Assembly (NCBI GenBank): GCA_030430245.1 | Contig: JAUIFY010000004.1 | Span: forward strand, 1-58,283 | DNA length: 58,283 bases | Reading direction: 5' to 3' | From: a bacterium | GTDB lineage: Bacteria; Desulfobacterota; Binatia; UBA12015 | Shown here: piece by piece, positions 54,223 through 58,283 of the stretch | Layout: each line of letters opens with the position of its first letter | Position numbering within the stretch: the first letter of the stretch is position 1 | Translations under genes and position numbers: made by a program | Notes under the pieces: generated by a model | Database searches by the model: none | The model's input: only the letters and a program-made list of their open reading frames with translations | Told to the model about the DNA's origin: nothing

Positions 54223-55335
54223 ATGCCGCCCATCCACTCCACTTCTGCCGAAGCGCGAGCTCTCGCCGAGCACGCGCACTGCTCGAACGATGAGCATCCG
54301 AGTGCCCAACCGCGCAGCATTCGCGCCCTGACGAGGACGATTCCGGCGCGGTGCTACGAGAATCCGGCATGGAAGGGGCTCCTCTACCTGGGCCGGGATC
54401 TGTCGCTCTACGCGCTGGCCGTCGGGCTGCTCCTCGCCTCGTCCTCCCTCCCGAGCCTTCTCGCCGGATGGACGCTCGCGTCACTCGCCATCGCGGGTCT
54501 CTTCGTCATCGGCCACGATGCGGCGCATGGCTCCCTCTTCAAGAGCGGACGGCTCAACTACCTCGCGGGACAGCTCGCGATGCTTCCGAGCCTCCATCCG
54601 TCGTCCGTGTGGGCGTACGGACACAATCGCGTGCATCACGCCTTTCCGGGCTGTGAGGGACTCGACTTCGTCTGGCATCCCTTGACGCAAGCCGACTACG
54701 CGCGGCTCTCGCCCATGCGAAAGCTGCGCCACCGCGTCGATTGGTCGTTCCTCGGAGCCGGGACCTACTACGTACGCGAGATCTGGTGGAACCGTCTCAT
54801 GCGAATGCCACCACCCCCGCGGATGGCGAGCCCGTTTGTTCGCGACCGCCTCGCCGTCGTCGCCTTCTTCGTCGCGATGTCCTCGGCGGCGGTGGGATTC
54901 GGCTGGGAGCAGACGGGAACCTTCGCGGGCGCGGCGTGGACGTGGGCGCGGGTTCTGCTCGTGCCGTGGCTCGTTTGGAACGTCTTGATCGGTTGGGCCG
55001 TCTACATCCAGCACATCTCCCCCGAGATGCCCTGGCGTACGCGACGACGCTGGCGGAAGTACTCGGGACAGGTCGAGACCACGTGCAACTTTCGGATGCC
55101 GCGCTGGCTGAACTTCTTCTGGCACAACATCTTCGTGCACGTGCCGCACCACGTGGACCCGAGGATTCCGTTCTACAACCTGCCACGCGCCGCGGAAGCT
55201 CTGAACGACGCGGACGGCGACGTCAGCGAATCGCGGCCGTACAACTTCGCCGAGTACATCGCCTCGACGCGCCACTGCAAGCTCTACGACTTCGAGCGCG
55301 AAGCGTGGACCGACTACGACGGGCGCCCGTCGTAG
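54223..55335 (+). CDS. Membrane fatty acid desaturase (DesA/delta-12-like)
   Basis: Three His boxes HDAAH, HNRVHH, HVPHH; RIPFYNL; TM segments. Confidence 0.9.
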   Translation: MPPIHSTSAEARALAEHAHCSNDEHPSAQPRSIRALTRTIPARCYENPAWKGLLYLGRDLSLYALAVGLLLASSSLPSLLAGWTLASLAIAGLFVIGHDAAHGSLFKSGRLNYLAGQLAMLPSLHPSSVWAYGHNRVHHAFPGCEGLDFVWHPLTQADYARLSPMRKLRHRVDWSFLGAGTYYVREIWWNRLMRMPPPPRMASPFVRDRLAVVAFFVAMSSAAVGFGWEQTGTFAGAAWTWARVLLVPWLVWNVLIGWAVYIQHISPEMPWRTRRRWRKYSGQVETTCNFRMPRWLNFFWHNIFVHVPHHVDPRIPFYNLPRAAEALNDADGDVSESRPYNFAEYIASTRHCKLYDFEREAWTDYDGRPS

Positions 55336-55624
55336 CGGGCGCCCATCGCATGCCGCCAGCACCGGCCTCACATTCGCATCGATGATGGCGAGGGTCGTTC
55401 GCGGGCCCGGAGCGCCCGGGGCGCGGTGGCAGCTTTTTCCACCGACTGGGGCGATCTGAAGCAAATCCTCCCTCAGTGAACCAGCAGCGCCGATAGCGGC
55501 CTCGTGTCCCCGGTCGCCCCATCCGAGCGGAGGGAGCCCCGCTGTCTTCGGCGAGCCGTCGTCCAAGCCTGATCCCGCTTCGTACCCTCTCCGACCGAAG
55601 TCCCCCTCGCCTGGAGAGCCTTCG

Positions 55625-58283
55625 ATGCGTCTTCGCGACCACACGATTCTCGAGATCGCCGTCCTCTTCGCCTGCACCCTCGGTGCTCTCGTGCTCGGGG
55701 CCACGTTTGCCCGGGCGCAGATCACCTTCCGCTCCGTCGGCCCGGACGGAGGTCAGATCCGGGATCTCGCGCTCGCCCCGGGCCAGACGTCCACGATCTA
55801 CGCAGCAACCCCCGGCGGGCCGTTCGTGAGCGTCGACGGCGGCCAATCCTGGAGCCCCGCCCGCGTCGGCCTCCCCTTCCTCGATGCCCAGTTCGTCGCG
55901 GTCGACCCCGATGCCGCGACGATGGTCTACACCGGAATCTTCGGGGCCGGTCTCTTCAAGAGCACCGACGGCGGCGCGACATGGTCGCCGTCGAGCAACG
56001 GGATCACCGGCAACCTCTTCATGGGCGCGATCGCGATCGATCCGACCGACGGCGACACGCTCTACGTGAGCACGCTCTTCGCAAACGGCCTGTTCAAGAG
56101 CACGGACGGCGGCGCGAGCTTTGCCCCGCTCGACACCGGCCTCACGAATCGCGACGTGTCGACGATCGTCGTCGATCCGACGAATCCCGACGTGGTCTAC
56201 GTCGGGACCCTCGGCGGCGGCGTCTTCAAGAGCACGAACGGTGGAGCGCTCTTCGCACCCAGCAACACCGGGCTCGGCACGAACTTCGTGAACGACCTCG
56301 CCCTGGACCCATTCGACCCGAGCGGCCTCCGCGCAGCCACGTTCGCCGGCGTGTTTCGCACCGACGACGGTGGCACCACCTGGACCCCGGAGAACGACGG
56401 CCTCGTCGCGACCGACGTCCAGACCGTCGCCTTCGATCCCTTCGAGAACGGCACCCTGTTCGCGGGAAGCGCCTCCCAGGGCCTTTGGAAGAAGGAGGGC
56501 GGCGCGGCGTTCCGGCAGGTCGGCACCGGACTGCCCACGTCGGGGGTGCAGGCGATCGTGTTCGAGAACGCGACGCCCACCGGCGCCCCGAAGGAGTTCG
56601 GCCCGGGACCCGCGAGCCTCCCGCCGGGCTCGATCGTGCACGTCGGCACGCAGGGCGCGACTCCGCCGGTCGACGGCTTCTTCACGAGCGTCGATCACGG
56701 CGAGAGCTTCATCCCATGGAGCACCGGACTCGCCGCTCGACGCGTCGCGGACGTCGAGGGTCACCCCTTCGACCCGAGCACGCTCTGGATCGCCACGCCC
56801 GACGACGGCGTCGCGCAGACGAGCGACGGCGGCGCGACGTGGACCGAGCGCTCGGCCGGCCTCACCGGCGGCGTCAAGGACCTGGAAGCCCACCCGTGGA
56901 ACCCGACGTTCCTCTTCGCGGGCACGCAGTCCGGCGGGTTCGAGTTCGACGAGGCGAACGAACTCTGGCTCCGCATCCCGACGCTTCCCGGCTCCGTGAA
57001 CGAGGTGAAGGCGGACTGGGCGGTCTGGAGCGACGTATACGCGGCGACCGGTGCCGGGCTCTACAAGAGCACGGACTGGGGTGCGACGTTCGGACAGGTC
57101 CTCCCCGGCTTCTTCGAGTCGGTCGAGCTCGATGGGGCGACCCCGGGCACCCTCTACGTCGGCGGCTTCGGTCGGGTCTGGAAGAGCGAGGACGGGGCCG
57201 TCTCGTTCACGCAGGTCGGCGCCGGTCTGCCGAGCGACCTCGTGACGGACATCTTCGTCCACCCGAGCCTCTCGTCCTCCGTCTTCGTCGGCATGCAGGT
57301 GAGCGGCGCCTTCTACAGCGACGACGGCGGCCTCAACTTCACCGGCATTCCCGGGACGAGCCCGGGGATCGTCGGCACGATCGGGGGCACGCCGACCGGT
57401 CCGCCGCTGTACATCCCGGTCTTCCCCACCGGGCTGCTCGGCAAGCAGGCCGATGCCGCGCCGATCACGCCGGTCGACCCGCCCATCGTCCTTCCGCTGC
57501 TGAACGTCGTCGAGGGTCTGGTCGACGGGCGCTTCGCGCTCGGTAGCGAAGGCGGCAGCGTACTGCTGTCGAGCCCGGCGGGATCCCCGACGCCGAGCCC
57601 CAGCCCTTCGCCGTCTCCAAGTCCGAGCCCATCGCCCTCGCCGAGCCCCAGCCCATCGCCCAGCCCCTCGCCCTCGCCGTCCCCCAGCGCGTCGCCCAGC
57701 CCCTCGCCCTCGCCGTCCCCCAGCGCGTCGCCCAGCCCCTCGCCCTCGCCGAGTCCGAGCCCTTCCCCCAGCCCTTCACCCTCGCCGTCCCCCACGCCCG
57801 GACCGACGCCGGGGACGCCCCCCGTACCGGGCGACTGCCGGGAGGCACGCGAGTACGTGCAGATCATCGTCGGCACGAATGGCCCCGACGTCCTCGTCGG
57901 CAGCCCCGGCGACGATCTCATCTTCGGGCTCGACGGCGACGACCGCATCGATGGCCTCGACGGCGACGACTGCATCGTCGGAGGCTTCGGCCTCGACGAC
58001 CTCCGTGGAAACGCCGGGAACGACGTGATCCTCGGCGGCCCGGGCGTCGACCGCATCCGGGGCGGCGAGGGCCGCGACCTCATCCGGGGCGAGGAGGGAG
58101 CGGACCGCATCCAGGGCGACGAAGGCAACGATCGGATCGACGGAGGACAGGACGACGACCGGATCCGCGGCGGCGACGGCGACGACGTGCTCGACGGCGG
58201 CCCCGGCCGCGACGACGTCCGCGGTGGCTCCGACGACGACACGATCCTGGGTGGATCGGACCGCGACCGCCTGTTCGGCAACA
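55625..58283 (+). CDS. Large secreted protein: BNR/Asp-box beta-propeller + (Pro-Ser)n linker + RTX Ca-binding repeats (partial; not in ORF track)
   Basis: Manual translation from ATG 55625: signal peptide [31 protein letters not shown], repeated S/TxDGGxxW/F boxes, PSPSPS tract, then GGxGxD-type nonapeptides ([19 protein letters not shown]...[15 protein letters not shown]). No stop seen before the window end. Confidence 0.88.
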   Translation, partial: MRLRDHTILEIAVLFACTLGALVLGATFARAQITFRSVGPDGGQIRDLALAPGQTSTIYAATPGGPFVSVDGGQSWSPARVGLPFLDAQFVAVDPDAATMVYTGIFGAGLFKSTDGGATWSPSSNGITGNLFMGAIAIDPTDGDTLYVSTLFANGLFKSTDGGASFAPLDTGLTNRDVSTIVVDPTNPDVVYVGTLGGGVFKSTNGGALFAPSNTGLGTNFVNDLALDPFDPSGLRAATFAGVFRTDDGGTTWTPENDGLVATDVQTVAFDPFENGTLFAGSASQGLWKKEGGAAFRQVGTGLPTSGVQAIVFENATPTGAPKEFGPGPASLPPGSIVHVGTQGATPPVDGFFTSVDHGESFIPWSTGLAARRVADVEGHPFDPSTLWIATPDDGVAQTSDGGATWTERSAGLTGGVKDLEAHPWNPTFLFAGTQSGGFEFDEANELWLRIPTLPGSVNEVKADWAVWSDVYAATGAGLYKSTDWGATFGQVLPGFFESVELDGATPGTLYVGGFGRVWKSEDGAVSFTQVGAGLPSDLVTDIFVHPSLSSSVFVGMQVSGAFYSDDGGLNFTGIPGTSPGIVGTIGGTPTGPPLYIPVFPTGLLGKQADAAPITPVDPPIVLPLLNVVEGLVDGRFALGSEGGSVLLSSPAGSPTPSPSPSPSPSPSPSPSPSPSPSPSPSPSPSPSASPSPSPSPSPSASPSPSPSPSPSPSPSPSPSPSPTPGPTPGTPPVPGDCREAREYVQIIVGTNGPDVLVGSPGDDLIFGLDGDDRIDGLDGDDCIVGGFGLDDLRGNAGNDVILGGPGVDRIRGGEGRDLIRGEEGADRIQGDEGNDRIDGGQDDDRIRGGDGDDVLDGGPGRDDVRGGSDDDTILGGSDRDRLFGN
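57592..57793 (+). repeat. Low-complexity (Pro-Ser)n coding tract with a 36-bp tandem unit
   Basis: tcgcccagcccctcgccctcgccgtcccccagcgcg at 57656-57691 and 57692-57727, with a partial third copy to 57751. Confidence 0.9.

Noticed and set aside
55427-55442. Sigma-54 promoter (tggcag...)
   Set aside because: No GC dinucleotide at the -12 position.
57656-57751. 36-bp direct repeats as a possible CRISPR array
   Set aside because: Head-to-tail with no spacers, in frame within a CDS, and no cas genes nearby.
57313-58281. Minus-strand ORF with GEGEGLG repeats
   Set aside because: Reverse-complement image of the (Pro-Ser)n and RTX coding region.
1-58283. tRNA, rRNA, prophage or integrase
   Set aside because: No recognisable signatures, and intergenic spaces are short; a covariance-model scan would be needed to exclude small RNAs fully.

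Overview
Gene-dense bacterial chromosomal segment, very GC-rich (roughly 70% by eye), with about 52 CDS and no rRNA, tRNA or CRISPR array. An LpxL-type lipid A acyltransferase implies a diderm host. The mix of dapL, gor, GldAFG-like ABC genes and an actinobacteria-like lipid/steroid catabolic toolkit suggests a Binatia/Myxococcota-like lineage (inference only). Left to right: surface-glycan GT operon fused to dapL; tautomerase and wHTH-TPR regulator; gor operon; FATP-type ligase and CYP125-like P450; ECF sigma with NrsF-type anti-sigma; CPBP-HNH-Nudix-ThpR-HAD operon; patatin; a 1.0-kb element carrying a RAYT-like HUH transposase bounded by perfect 21-bp inverted repeats; GldA/F/G-like ABC system with DUF4340; a 971-aa glycogen synthase-phosphoglucomutase fusion in which both domains have lost nearly all of their catalytic motifs (the most striking observation); TetR and 2-hydroxyacid dehydrogenase; lpxL; a Ser-less hydrolase/thiolase-like/DUF35/PHP operon; ogt; a PQQ/GSDH-diheme protein; three Thr-nucleophile sulfatase-like proteins around an MBL-fold gene; CoA transferases and ligases with an ACAD; a quinohemoprotein ADH; a desaturase; and a partial BNR-propeller/(Pro-Ser)n/RTX surface protein. 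Two real CDS that run off the window ends (1-780 and 55625-58283) are absent from the ORF track. All calls come from reading motifs by eye; no database searches were run.
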